The notes beneath the pieces are model-generated. The model was given only the letters and a program-made list of their open reading frames with translations, was not told the DNA's origin and did no database searches. The position numbers and the translations under genes were made by a program. From Gnetum montanum (Eukaryota; Plantae; Gnetophyta), in contig MNCI01000721.1 of the NCBI GenBank assembly GCA_015680685.1, positions 478,258 to 542,257 on the forward strand: DNA of 64,000 bases, written 5' to 3'. How positions within the stretch are numbered: position 1 is the first letter of the stretch; the number at the start of each line of letters is the position of its first letter. Positions 28,020 through 40,900 of the stretch are shown piece after piece.

Positions 28020-30420
28020 TTAAGGCTTCCATGTTGGGCTCAGCATGGAAACAAGAATCCTCAACCTGGAAACCAGTGGAAATAGGTTTTGATTTAATAA
28101 AAGGTCCAAAATTGAGGTTTTGGGACCTTCTAAAGGCAACACAAGGTCAAATCCATAAAAATTAGGCACTTCAGAGGTCTATAAAGGTAAAAAAGTAGGT
28201 TCTAGAGCTTTTCCCCCTTGTTTCTACACTAGCCAACATGGAAGAAAGAGGGCTTAGCATCGAAAATGAAGATTCAAGCCAAAATGTGATCAAACATGGT
28301 CAAAGAGGTAGTTGAGACCTAGATCTAAACGTTGTACATCCTCTAGCTTCATTTTGAGGCAATTTGAGTTGATTTTGAGTGTCCAAACATGTTGAAATGG
28401 CTTCCCCCCTTTTTTCCATGTTGAGCCTAGTATCCTCAACATGGAAGAATGGGGAACACTTGTTTTGTGGATTCAAAGCGATTTAAGAGCACTTTGACTA
28501 GGTTTCTAAGCCCCTAGGGCTGTAGATCATGATTTTGTAAGTTTCTAGCTAATTTCGCAATTCTAAGTACTTCCAAGTGGTTTTGGTGCTTCTCCCCCTT
28601 TTTCACACTAAGATTGAAATGCTCAACATGGAAAATTTGGGGGGATCATCTTTTGGATATTTGACATCAGTTTCTTGAGGTTTGAAGGCTCATATGATTA
28701 CTGATAGGGTTCTAGAGTGAACATAAGGTCATTTGACATCATTCTAAGGTGTTTAGAAGCTTGAAATGAATCCCCCTTGAGTTTCCACATTAGGGATATA
28801 GTACTTAGTGTGGAAAAAGGGGTCCCCAATGTGGAAAAATCATAAATGCTAGATTTGGACTAATTTTGGTCTCAATCGATCATGCATGTGTGTTTCCAGG
28901 GTTGTTGGAGTTGAGGACTAGGATTTGAGCTCAAGTGTGGTTAATTTCAAGGTTTCTTAAAGGGTTTTTGAGCTTCCCCCTATTTTCCACATTGGGGGTA
29001 GTATGCTCAGTGTGGAAGACTAGCAGAAGCAACTTTTTGATGTTTTGCATCATTTTTGATCATGCATGTAGGTCTCTAAGGTTCCTAGTGTCGATTACTA
29101 ATGCCTAGTGTCAAAATTCAATTGTTTCAAGAGCTTCTAAGTGGTTTTTAGGCTTTCACCCCATTTCTCCATGCTAGGGTTTCTATGCTCAGCATGCACA
29201 ACCAAGGGGATAGCTTTTTGACCATTTATGATCACTTTTGTACGGTTTAAGAACTTCAAGAGGTGTGCATATAGCCTATTAGCTCGAGGTGTCTGGATGT
29301 CATTTCAAGGTATCCCAAATTTTTTCCCCTTCTTACATGCTGGCAATGTGGAGGAGGAAATTCCCAGTGTGGAGAAACTTGAGAACCCTACTTTTTACCA
29401 TTTTCTATCATTTCTGACTATGCATGCGAGCTTCCAGGGTTGCTATTGTTGGCTGCTGATACCCAATGTTAAAATTTGGTTGTTTCAATGGTTATTATGT
29501 AAGTTTTAGGCTTTCCCTCTTTTTTTTCATGTTGGGGCTTCCATGCTCAGTGTGGAAGATTGGGGAAGGGCTTTTTAGCATTTATGGTCAAATCAGGCTA
29601 TGCATGAGTGTCCACAGGGTTGCTAGTATTGGTCATAAGTATCTGAGATCAAAATCCAATCATTTTGAAGGCTATTAGAGAGTTTTAGGCTTTCCCCTTC
29701 TAACCACACTAAAAGTGGGAGGCTTAGCATAGATAGGATCTCTCTCAGCATGGAGAACTAAGAGGAGGTAGTTCTAATCATTTTAGTTAACTTCCAAAAG
29801 TCCAGTGGCTTCTGGAAGGGTAGTTTTGTGCCATATTTGACCATTTTTGGAGCTTTCAAGAGTTCCAAAGGGTTCTGGCAGGGTCTAGGCATCACTAGGC
29901 TTTAAGAAATGGCTACTAGGTAGTCAATTTAAATCATTTTTGAATCTCCCCCACCACCCCCCGTCCCCCAATCCATCCATACTAAGGGTGAGATAACCAA
30001 TGTGGATGAAGCCTTCCCTAGTGTGGAAACATCAAATATCAAGGTTTCGGCTAGTTTTGACAAGTTTCAACTAGGATTGGTGAGATTCTAGAGCTCATGG
30101 AGCTGGTTGGAGATGCTCTTGATCATCTAGGGCCCACTTCAAGGGCAAAATTAGGCTACATGCATACTAGTGGATAAGGATAGGTGTTACCCCACTTTAT
30201 CCATGCTAAGAATTATTGCCCCAGCATGGAAACCCATGGTGTCTAGCTTCATTCATGTCTTAACCACTTTTGGAGAACGTGGGGTTGAAAAAGGTAGGTT
30301 TTGGTTATTAAAAAGGGTAAAATAGTTGTATTTTAATGATTTTTTGAAATGGGAGGCATGTTTCCATGCTAGGCATGGTACCCTTAGCATGGATGCATGG
30401 AAGTTAAGGTTGCAACATGG
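28020..30420. repeat. Degenerate tandem array, ~165-205 bp period, each unit with a TTCCACGCTG...CAGCGTGGAA-type inverted repeat (CpG-decayed)
   Basis: Hairpin cores near 28028, 28222, 28415, 28602, 28783, 28986, 29168, 29333, 29526, 29704, 29976, 30199 and 30362. Confidence 0.75.
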
Positions 30421-30710
30421 TTCAAATTGTCAAAATTGGAAAAAAATTTCAATGTTGATGCAATTTTTGATTAAGAGAGAAGGTGCATGGTGGGGCCTAT
30501 GATCCAGCAATTTACAATTTTAAAAAGTGAAGATGTTTCCCATCCAAAATCAATGTGAACTAGACTCTTTTCCCTTTGCACTTCAATGCAATTGGAGTTA
30601 TGGTGCATTGAATTAGCCGCTAGGGCTTCAAGGTGTGCATTTAGGTTTTAAATGAGGTTTATATGTGAAATTTCATAAGTTTTGATCATAACTATCATTC
30701 CTCACCATCA

Positions 30711-33700
30711 ATGGATTGGAGGAGAGCTCTGACAGAGATTTTTGTTATAGAGAACACCAATCTTTAGCATGGAACCCTCCCATCTCCCTTGCAACTAGTG
30801 TAGAACTCCTATTTTCTCTTAATTTCCATCATCCCCAACGTTGAGCTTGCCATGGCAATTAAGCAATGAGGGGAGAAGATATGAAATTCTACAATCCAAA
30901 AGATCTATGAGCATTCTATGGTGCTATCAAAGGTTCCTAGGCCTACCTCCATTTAGGCATCATCCGTCACCATCCCAAGGTAGGCAGTACTACCTATTTT
31001 TGCCTTTGTTTTCTATTGTTTTTCTAATTTTATTTCCTCTGGTGGAGGAATTAAAATGGAATAATGATGAAATCTCACCTCCTATTATGTCTACTTCCAT
31101 GTAAATCCATAGTCATTTCATTGTTTTAGCTTTTGTAGATTTGATTTTGAGAATAGGACTTGTTGTTTCATGTTTTTTTCCCAAAATTTGGGGATAGGGC
31201 CATTATTTTTAGATCTAGGCCTTAGGATTTGTTAAAATTAAATTTTAAAAAAATCCTACCCCATTATTTGATGTGAATTTTAATTGGTTTCAATCATTTC
31301 AACTATTTCAACCTAGTTTCCATGGCTATGTAGAATCTAGGTTTTGAAAGTCTTTTCAGTTTTGACATGGAAAAAAAAAGCAATGGTGTGTATTTTTTCT
31401 TAAGCGAACAACTGCATATTTTCAAAATTTCACCCTTCATTTAATCTTTCTATTGGCTATTATCTTATTTAATTAGGCCTTGAAATGAGGAAGTTATGGT
31501 TGTTTTCCTAGCATTCCATAGTTAGGTTTCTCATGTCATTTTTATAATTTCATGTAAACTTTGCAAATTTTTTCTAAGGAAACGATAAAATTTTTGAGTA
31601 TTTTTTAGCTATTGCTAAGTAGAGCTTGCCTTCATCTTTCCAACAGACATGGAATCACTCTAATTGGACTTAAAACAAACTTTCTACAAATTTTTTACTA
31701 AGCATGTGTAATAACGATGTTTGTCCCATTTTAGGATTGTTTTACAAATTGACAAACTTTTCCTACATAAACAAAAAAGGTTTTGAATTTTTTCTAAACA
31801 TGGGTGCATAGGTCTTGGTTTAAGCTTTCAAATAGTGATGAAATCATTCCATTTGGATCTCAAATTAATTTTTGGTGAATTTTTTACCAACCTTGCGCAA
31901 AAAGAGGTTAATGGTGATGGCTACAGTTTTGGCTAAATTTTGGTTATGTTTTATGTAGATATCATTATACATTTTCAGTTATTATGGTTATGGCTATAAG
32001 GTTCATAATTTCAGGATTATTTTTGTGGTGGAATCAATGAAATTAGAGTTAAAATGAATTTTTTGGCTATGTATGTGTGAACAAGGCAAAATTATGGTCA
32101 TAGCACATTACCCATTTGAAAATGGAAGTGGTTGATATGTATAACTTATGTTTTTCTTTTGTCAACATGCAAAACTAATGCTTAATTTTTATTTTTAAGA
32201 AGAGTAAAAAAAATTTCTATTTTTAGCAAGCTTTTACTATGGCTACATGGTTTTTTTCTAAGTTTATGATGCTCTTCCTAAGTTTGTGCATAGTTTAGAT
32301 GTTTTGTCCAAATGTATGCATGCTTTGCATAATTTAGATGTTTTTTTCTAAACTTATGCTTACTTTTTCTAAATTTATGCATAATTTTGATGCTATTTTC
32401 TAAATTTATGCATAAGTTAGACTAAGGTTTACTTCTGGCTATAATGTTTTGGCTATGATATTTTGGTTATGGTAATAATGCTTTTATGGAATTTCTTAAG
32501 CTAATTTAGATAAACACCTTAGAGCTTTTAATAGAGGCTAATTTCACCTCACTAGATGTTCTTTCCAAATTTGCTTAGTAATTCCATAATGTAAGGCTAT
32601 GCAAGGTTGTAAAAATATTTTCTTGTGAATTCGTTAAGCTAATTTAGATAAACACTTTAGAGCTTTTTACATAGGCTAATTTCACCTCCAACTAGATGTT
32701 TTTTTTTTTCAAAATTTGTTAAGTAATTCTAATTGGTTACAATGTTTTTGCTTTGCCTCATGCAAGGTCTTTTTGAGGCCTATCCTCATCATTGGGGAGT
32801 TGGTGTGTATCCTATGCTACATTGGTCATTGCAAGGCTAACAACCTGTTGCATGACATGCCTTTTGAAAAGCTCTCGTTGTGGTTCCAACCTAGGGCAAG
32901 GGAATTCCTTGCCTACCTTCTCAAGAACTTTAGTGTGATTCTATTATCACACTTGTCTACAAATGTAGCCAGGGTTATAGTGGAGATTCTATTGCCTTGG
33001 GAATCTAGCCTAATTGTCAGATTCATTACTCATAAGCTGCCTCCTAAGACAGCAAGGGGACTAGTAGACACCATAATGATGGTGGTGCATAGAGCTCACA
33101 TGTTATTCCAAAATCCACTTGACACCATGTATTGTCTATAGGGATAAGCATGGTTATTGTAATGCTATTATGTTTTGGCTTAACTACCTTTTCTAATTTC
33201 ATCAGTTTCAAAAATTTCTTGCAAGTACAAGGCCAATGATTAAGATTTGATCATCAATGATAAAATCTTAGCAGTGGCTCAAACTACTTTGGATGAATTC
33301 ACCAAGAGTACTCAAATCAAAACTATTGTATATCAATAGTTAAGAGGGGACTTTGATACATACACCTCAAGATTCAACCTCGTATACAAGTGCAAGGATG
33401 ATATGACAATTCATAGCTAGTGGATAGATGCTGATGGTATGGATCAAACCCTTGTAGCTGGGACCTCCACTCAAACCACACTGAAGAAGAAAAGAAAAGG
33501 TAAGTGTAAATGCTATTCTTTCTAGTGTTTCATGGCTATAACTTTAAGTGTTATATTGCTTTTCCTGGTTGTTGAAGTTGTTCATGTTGATGCTAAACTT
33601 TGGTTGTTGCTTCATAGGGTCTTCCACCTTAGCTGATGTTATCGTACCACTCTTAGGAACACATCACGAGGATACCCTCATCCTAAATTTTGGTGAGGTG

Positions 33701-36253
33701 ACACTAGCACAGGAGTGGCTAATGGGACAAGCACCTTAGTACATTCAAGCAAACGTCTAGTGTGCAAGTTTACTTGATGTATTTATGGCACCTATTTCTT
33801 CAATTCCTAGCGCATATATGTTACATGTCATCAACTCCTTCGATGAGAAGGTTGGTCATTTTAGCAGCATCATCTAGGATGTGAAGGTCAATATGAACAT
33901 AGGTGCAGGCCTCTTTTGTAACTTATTTGATGTCCCTGCTGATGGGGCAAAGGTTTTCACTAGGATAATAAGGGAAATAGGCCATTGCAACAAAGTTCTG
34001 AAGTGGCTTGGTGTCAACATGGACCACTCTAGAATTTCAATGAATAGCTTCATGAACCCTAATGCAAAGGAATCATATCCTTTGTTCAGGTCTCGTGCAT
34101 TTCCCAAATTTTTATCTCAAAAGAAGGTAATCAGCATAGCACAGGGGTGGACCTTTAAGAAGGTCTTGATGAAGGACACTAGATTTGACTAGGTAGCTAT
34201 TTTGGCTACAAGGTTTCAAGAGGAAATCCTTAGACTCTGTGCTGATACCTCTATGACAATCCACATGCACTTTGCATTTTTTACAAGTTATCTAAAGAGG
34301 TTTGTAGTCTTTCTAGTGGTGTTCAAGAATGCATGATGAGTTCCCCAAGACCCAAGCCAACTTTCTAGGCCTTGGATAAAGCACATTTATCCAACGGTAT
34401 AGGCCAACAACCCACCAAAGGGGATGGATGATACATTATCCATCATCACTAAGAATCTTGATGTTAGACAGTATGAGTCTCCTAATAGCACTTATGACAA
34501 TGAGCCTCTCATGTTTCCTACTAGTGTCCAAGATGCTAGACAATGACATGTAAAGGCTAAAGGGGTAGCTAAGGAGAAACTCAAAAGGCCTATAGAGGAG
34601 GCACCACGAACATTAGACTAGCCTACCCCAAAGAGGATTAAGTTTAGGCTTACAACATTGTAGTAGGTAGTCACAAGTAAGTTTTATCCATGCTTGGTTG
34701 TTTTAAGGTTTTATGGCTATGTTGTAATTTCATGTGTTAATTGATCTTTCATGCTTTATGGTTATAGGCAAGTGATAGGTCATGGCAGCCCAAGCTACCA
34801 CAAAAGAAGAACAAAGGCATGTGGAGGAGGCACTCTCACAACCTAAGGTGGACATCAATGATTTGGATGCCTTGTTTGATGAGGCAATGTTGGGTACATC
34901 CTCCATCATCATCTCGAAGGAGCAAGAGGAAGAGCTAGGTATGCCCATGCCTCAATGCTTTCATTTTGTCTCATTGTGATCTGTGGTTTTCATCCTAACC
35001 TTTTGATGATTTTTATGCTTACAATAGTTCTTGAGTCACCAACGCAAGCTCTTATTCTTAAGTTTCATGTGAAACCATGGGTAGAGACTCTAATCAAAGT
35101 GGAGTTCATGTGTCAAATGGCTAAGGACATCATCGATCAGTTGCATCAGATTTCACCTGAGATAGGTAAGTATTCTGTTTCATGCTTCAGTTATATACTA
35201 TGCTTGCATTATGAATATCTTAGGTTATGCATTATGTTTATGGTTATATTTTATGATTGTGTAGTGCCTTCTATGGAGCGGGACCCCAATAGAGACATGA
35301 AGATAGATTCCTTGCCTACGCTTCCCTCTGATGTATCTAGTATACCCTTGAAGTTGTACAAGAATGCTACTAATCTACTAATGTCTTGCGCAAAAACTTA
35401 ATGGGAGCTAGAGAGGTCCAACAAATCCCTATGGGAGGAAGGTGTGACCTTAAGGAAAAAGACTCAATGGTAGGAGAATATGATTAGAGATCTCTAAGAC
35501 TGTAAGGCCTTATAAAAGCCCAAGTGGCTAACTCAAGGGAGCTATGAAATAAGGAGATCATGTGGGCTTGCTACTAGCATATCATTCAAGACAAAGCAGT
35601 GGTCCTACGGGAGATGGTGGAACAATGTATGTAGATGGACGTCATCTCATACAAGGTTGAGGACTGGAAAGATCACTGTGCTTGGGTCCTATAGTGGGGT
35701 TAGAAACACAAGGCCCACAAGTGTCAATACAAGGTGGATCGTGGGGCCTACCTTAAGTGGCTCAAGGAGGAGTTAGTTGAACAACACAAGAAAGAGTTGT
35801 TCATCCGAGGGATCCAACTGAAGAGTGCTTATCAGCATTTTGAAACTACTCTCATGATGGAGTAATCCCCTAATCTTTAAATTACCACTACTGTAGGTGA
35901 GACTTCTATGACTATTACTACCCAAGAGCCTCCTACTTAGATAGCTATAGATAGGACCAACATCCTCTCTAGCATTAATCTTAAGGATGTTGACTAGGTC
36001 AACATGATGGAGGACTAGATCCGCCATTTTTTGGAGGAAGGCCTTTCACATCTACCCCTGGAAGTAATGGAGCCAGAATCTCCATAAGTTAGATGTATTT
36101 TATGCTTTTTTTATTTTTTATTTTTAAAGTATGGTTTTGGCTCTGAGTTACTAACTGGCTATATGTTGTTGCATTTTAGGCCTTAGGAGACACTGGTGAC
36201 CCAAACAGTGAGGGTGAGAATGACCCACCACATCCTTCTCTAAATGCCACTTA
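30711..36253 (+). pseudogene. Multi-exon accessory gene antisense within element B. Exons ~30711-30979, 32766-33143, 33225-33499, 33618-34676, 34768-34938, 35028-35165, 35265-~36087, possibly 36180-36253
   Basis: GT-AG boundaries (three with G>A changes) with matching phases. Frame is continuous apart from decay-type stops and a few frameshifts. FCP1/NIF-like segment, KKKRK, plant-transposon-protein-like segment, coiled-coil-like tail. Confidence 0.72.
32505..32700 (+). repeat. ~65-bp direct duplication within intron 1 of the accessory gene
   Basis: taagctaatttagataaacac..tagagcttttt...ggctaatttcacctc..actagatgtt at ~32497 and ~32635. Confidence 0.8.
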
Positions 36254-37559
36254 GCAACCTCCATCAACTTAGCTTATTTGGCTATCTATTTTTATTTTCA
36301 TGATGATGGCTATGATTAGCCAAGAATATGATATAGATGGTTGTTATTCTTTGATATTCTTGCCACAGATTATGACCATGGCTATTGTTAAACCCCAAAA
36401 ATTGGTTTAGTTTTTAATAGGTATTTTGTCAAAGACATACATTTTAATTGATTTTATATTGTTAATTAGTGTTTAATTAATGATTATTATATTTTAGTTT
36501 AGTGGTAAGTATTAGTTTATTATTATTTTATTATGATTAGTTAATTGGTGTGGTTTAGTTTATTTTAATTTTAGTTTAACTAGTACGATGTGTTATTATA
36601 TATTAATGAGATTATAATTACATGTATGCATTATATATTCATAAATATAACTTTACATATGTAAATATTATGTAATCATATATTATTATATGTGAATATG
36701 ATNCATGTTATATTATATATTATATATATTTTACATAAACTATATTATAAGATATTATACATTGTTATATTATTTATATATTATATGGCAACATGTCTAG
36801 CAGTGGTAGTGATAATGGCAATGGTGGATTCAAGTTTATAAAGGTCGCCAAGGGCTTGCAAATAGTGAATTCACTAACAATGCTAAAGGATTCCACTGTT
36901 GACCAACTCTACCATGCACTCTAAGCTCTCTGATGGGGCTTTATAATAGCAACAAGCGAATCCACCTTAGATGTGAAAACCCCATACTTCTTAGTTATGT
37001 CCAGATCATCAATACCAAGAGGCAGCTTCTGGCTAAATCCTTTGGTTACGCAGAGCTGCATCCAACAAGGGTGATCCAATGGCACCATGTGTTTCTATAA
37101 CAATATCAATGGAATCCCTACATGTGTGGATTACTACCTTCTCATAGTAACTGCAAGAAAAGAATAGGGCCAGCACAGCATGCAGCAATAGCAGCCAAGA
37201 TACAAAGCACGGCACATCTAGATTTTTGCAAGTAATGAGGGTTTGGCAATGGCAAATGTAGCAGTGCATGGTCAAAACAATGTCAGTGTCACATCTTTCA
37301 GCACATGCGTTACTTCACAGAGATCTTATAGTATTCTTCCTAGTAGTGAACTACAAGATTTGGGATGAATTCGACAACAAGATAGCAAAGAACCAACAAC
37401 AAATGTCTCAATCGCAAGGCTACACTTTTCTGTAGGCAATGTCTCTAAGTAGCAAGCCTACTTCTGTGACTAAAGAAGCAGTGCCAACCAAGGTTGAAGT
37501 TCAAGCAGAGTAATTCCTGGGGAGTGATATTGTGATGTCTGCCAAGCATCTGTCAAAGG

Positions 37560-37911
37560 TAGAAATTAAGAAATTAAGGGAAAAAGGACTCCCATATTCA
37601 AGATATTAGGGGATTTCACTAGCTAAGATCACTCATGAGGATGGTTCTCCATGGCCTTGGAATTATTTTATGTGGAGGGATACCTATACTCCAGATCTAA
37701 GCATAAACCTAAAGAAACATCATGTGCCTAGTACAATTCTAGAAAAAATCGCATATTGAATGGTCAAAGCACTGAGAGTACCAATCGACATGTTTTTCTG
37801 GAGAAGATATGGTTATAGAGTAATGATGTTAGAAACTGTCAAAGCCATGCCAGGAATGGTGGATGGAATGTTGTTGCACTACACTAAGGAGGTTTCAACA
37901 CAATGGATGGA
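37560..37911 (+). pseudogene. AOX: Alternative oxidase gene fragment in C's 5' LTR
   Basis: [81 protein letters not shown]. Confidence 0.92.
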
Positions 37912-40900
37912 TGTGATGGTGTAGAGACAAGCAGCATTGTAGCTAGTGGTGCAAGCATCTTGCATATTGACGTAGAAGCATGCAACATCGAAGGAGGTCA
38001 TTGGTGGTGGTGTTGTTGTTATTGCAAAGGAGAGTGAGGCAACGTAACAAATTCTAGGATTGTGTGGTGTAGCAAGGGTCTCTGACTTACAGCATGGAAA
38101 CCTTTCATGTCATTATAGCAAGGTCAAGCTTCAAAAGAATCTGAATTGAGCGTACAACATATTTGCACCTTCATGTGGTTCAACGTGTGATAAGGTATTC
38201 CACCGTTTCCGTCAAACTTCATACTAATCCAAGACATTAAAGATGCCCAACTTAGTAATTACACTAATTTAAATGAATTGGTTTCTCATTCTTTTGTATC
38301 CATCTATTATTAAAATAATTATTTTTAAACATTTTTAAAGTATAAATACTCCTTCAATTTTGTATCTTTTATGCAACCCAAGGTGTGAAACCCCAAAGCC
38401 ACCAAATGTAGTTTTTTGTGCATCTTTTGTATTAAGAAGTGCATCATTTTTGCACCTATCAAACACCAATTGGATTTTTTTTTCAGCATTTGTTTTGTAC
38501 AACTCGAGTGAATCCAACACACATCCAAAATGTGCACTAGGATTGATACCCAATCAAAAACCCTATCATATTGAAATCAGTTTTCTTTGAAGAATTGTAA
38601 TGTGAGGATTTGTTGAGCTTTGTGGCCACTAAAAACCATTAGAGTCCATTATCAGGTTGTTAAGGTTGCTACACTGTGGAAACAGCAAGGGAAAATCACA
38701 CATTAGGTAAAGTCTCCCTTGTAATCTTCATAATTTATGCATGTATTTATGATTTCAATATTGATTTAATCATTAATTTTCATTCTTGAACTTGTGATTA
38801 GAAGTTAGGGTGAAAATTTATGATTTTACTTATGAGTGATAATCATAAGTATGAAATTTAATTGGATTCAATCCTAATTATTTATTATCTTGATAATTTC
38901 TTTGACTTTTTAAACCATTCCTCTATGGGATATGACTTGCGAGTCAATCACAGACAAGGTGACATTCTCCTCAACGAAAGAAAAATAAATTTTAAAGGTA
39001 TCCAACACTGAATTTTGCATGGCTCATCAATTTGGTGCCATTGTCGAGGAGGCCGGCAAGGTTAATCATCATTAAGGGTTCAATATATTTTATTTTATTA
39101 AAATTTAATTGAATTTTCAAAAAAAAAGTATAAATTTTTTCCATTCCATTTCATTTTATTTTCGTTTGTGGTGTCCCTTAATTATTTTGTTTGTAATAAA
39201 AAATAATTTTTAAAAGGAAATTATAAATTTTAATTACATATTATATATAATTAAAGGAAAACCAATAATCTACAACTTTTACCTTGAAAAATGTAAAGGA
39301 CAATAGGAAATAATATTGTTAGTTGGGACTATAAAGAATTCGACAGCATCAAGTATAGAATGCAAGGGAGAAGGACAATTCTTCTTACCTTGAAATAGGT
39401 AGGTTTAAACCCAAAATCCAACTAAGGGTGAGCCTTAGACTAATAAGTGTCTTACACATAATAAATTTCATTGTTATAAAACAATCTTATTTAACCACAT
39501 TGTTCATAAGTCAAGGTAGCAACATAGCTTAGTTTAAGGTAATGCTTATTAGTGTTTGATTTTTATTAAATACTTACTTGGATGAGTCACTAAGGTGGAC
39601 AAGGTGTGTTATATTGAACCTCGTTTCTTCTGTAGTAAAAGGCATATATATATATTAAGCCATGTGAGCAACCCTTACAAAATGAAATTGGCTCCCACAA
39701 GAACCTCATGATTGAATTTCGCGAGAAAAAAGAAGAGAAAAAATGAATTCAAAAAAAACAAAAAAAAAGAAAGAAAAATAAGGAAAAAATAAACAAGGGA
39801 TAAAAGACAAGATAAAAAGTAAGAAATGAAAAAAAATGACAACACAAAAATCTTCAATTATGAGCTGAGCCCCACTCCAACAAGAACCTTATAGTTGGGG
39901 CGATGCTCCAAGTTCATAATTTCAAGCATCCCACAAGAACCTCATTACTGTTTAAGGGTTAGGCACCAATTATCAACCTACTCTCGATGCCTCTACCTTA
40001 GAACTAGGGTATAACATTGGCAGTGAAGAAGTCACTCATCCATAGTTAGTATGTTAATGGACATCTTCACTTCTAATCATTTCTTTTACTTTGTTATTTA
40101 GTTACTTTGCTTATGTTTCTTTGCACTTTTTAGACTATTATTTTTCTTTTCTTTTCTTTTGTACTTCTCATATTATTGTTTTCTTTTATTTTTACCTAAT
40201 TTTTTACCTTTTGCTATTTCTCTTTTCATTTTTGTTGAGTTATCATTCTAATTTCTCTTGCATGGTCATCCCTCTGACTAGTGGTACTTTTGTGCATAGG
40301 TTTTCTTTGTGTTTCCCATCATGTCTTCCATAGGCATCAATGGTCCAGATCCTTACTATGGTAGCCAATGATGGATACTAACAGTTGTTCACCCATTGCC
40401 TTTGGTTCTATCTTAGTCTAGATATATAAAATCTAGGGAAATTCTTGCTTTTGGTATATCCTTTGATCATGTTTCCTTTTAATAATTTATCTTTGCTAAT
40501 TAATGTAGGTATGTTTCATACCTTAGCTTAATTAGGGGGGGAGGATAACCAATTAATAAAGGATATGATAGTAGGGTATAACCAACTTGGAAGCTGAGCC
40601 AAAATCAAGTTAGAGAATGAATTAGATATAAGTAATGCATCTCAAATCCTTAAATCATAGGAAAGGTTTAAAACCTAAGTTTACAAGACATTTTTACACC
40701 TAACAAAGTAGACCTTGTGAGGTGACGTTAAGCCCAATAATCCTAGGTAGAACCTTCCTAACCAAGTTATATGTGAACTCATATCTAAGAATAAGAATTT
40801 ATCATCAAAAGAGGAATAAGCATATATACATATATACATATTTAATAAATAATTAGTAAATAAACATTTGGTTAATAAACAAGTCTAATTTTTGTTTTAT

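Noticed and set aside
30711-36253. Ordinary host gene engulfed by TEs
   Set aside because: It lies inside one LTR pair with a TSD, is as decayed as the element, and its flanks share B-specific motifs. A one-off capture is not fully excluded.
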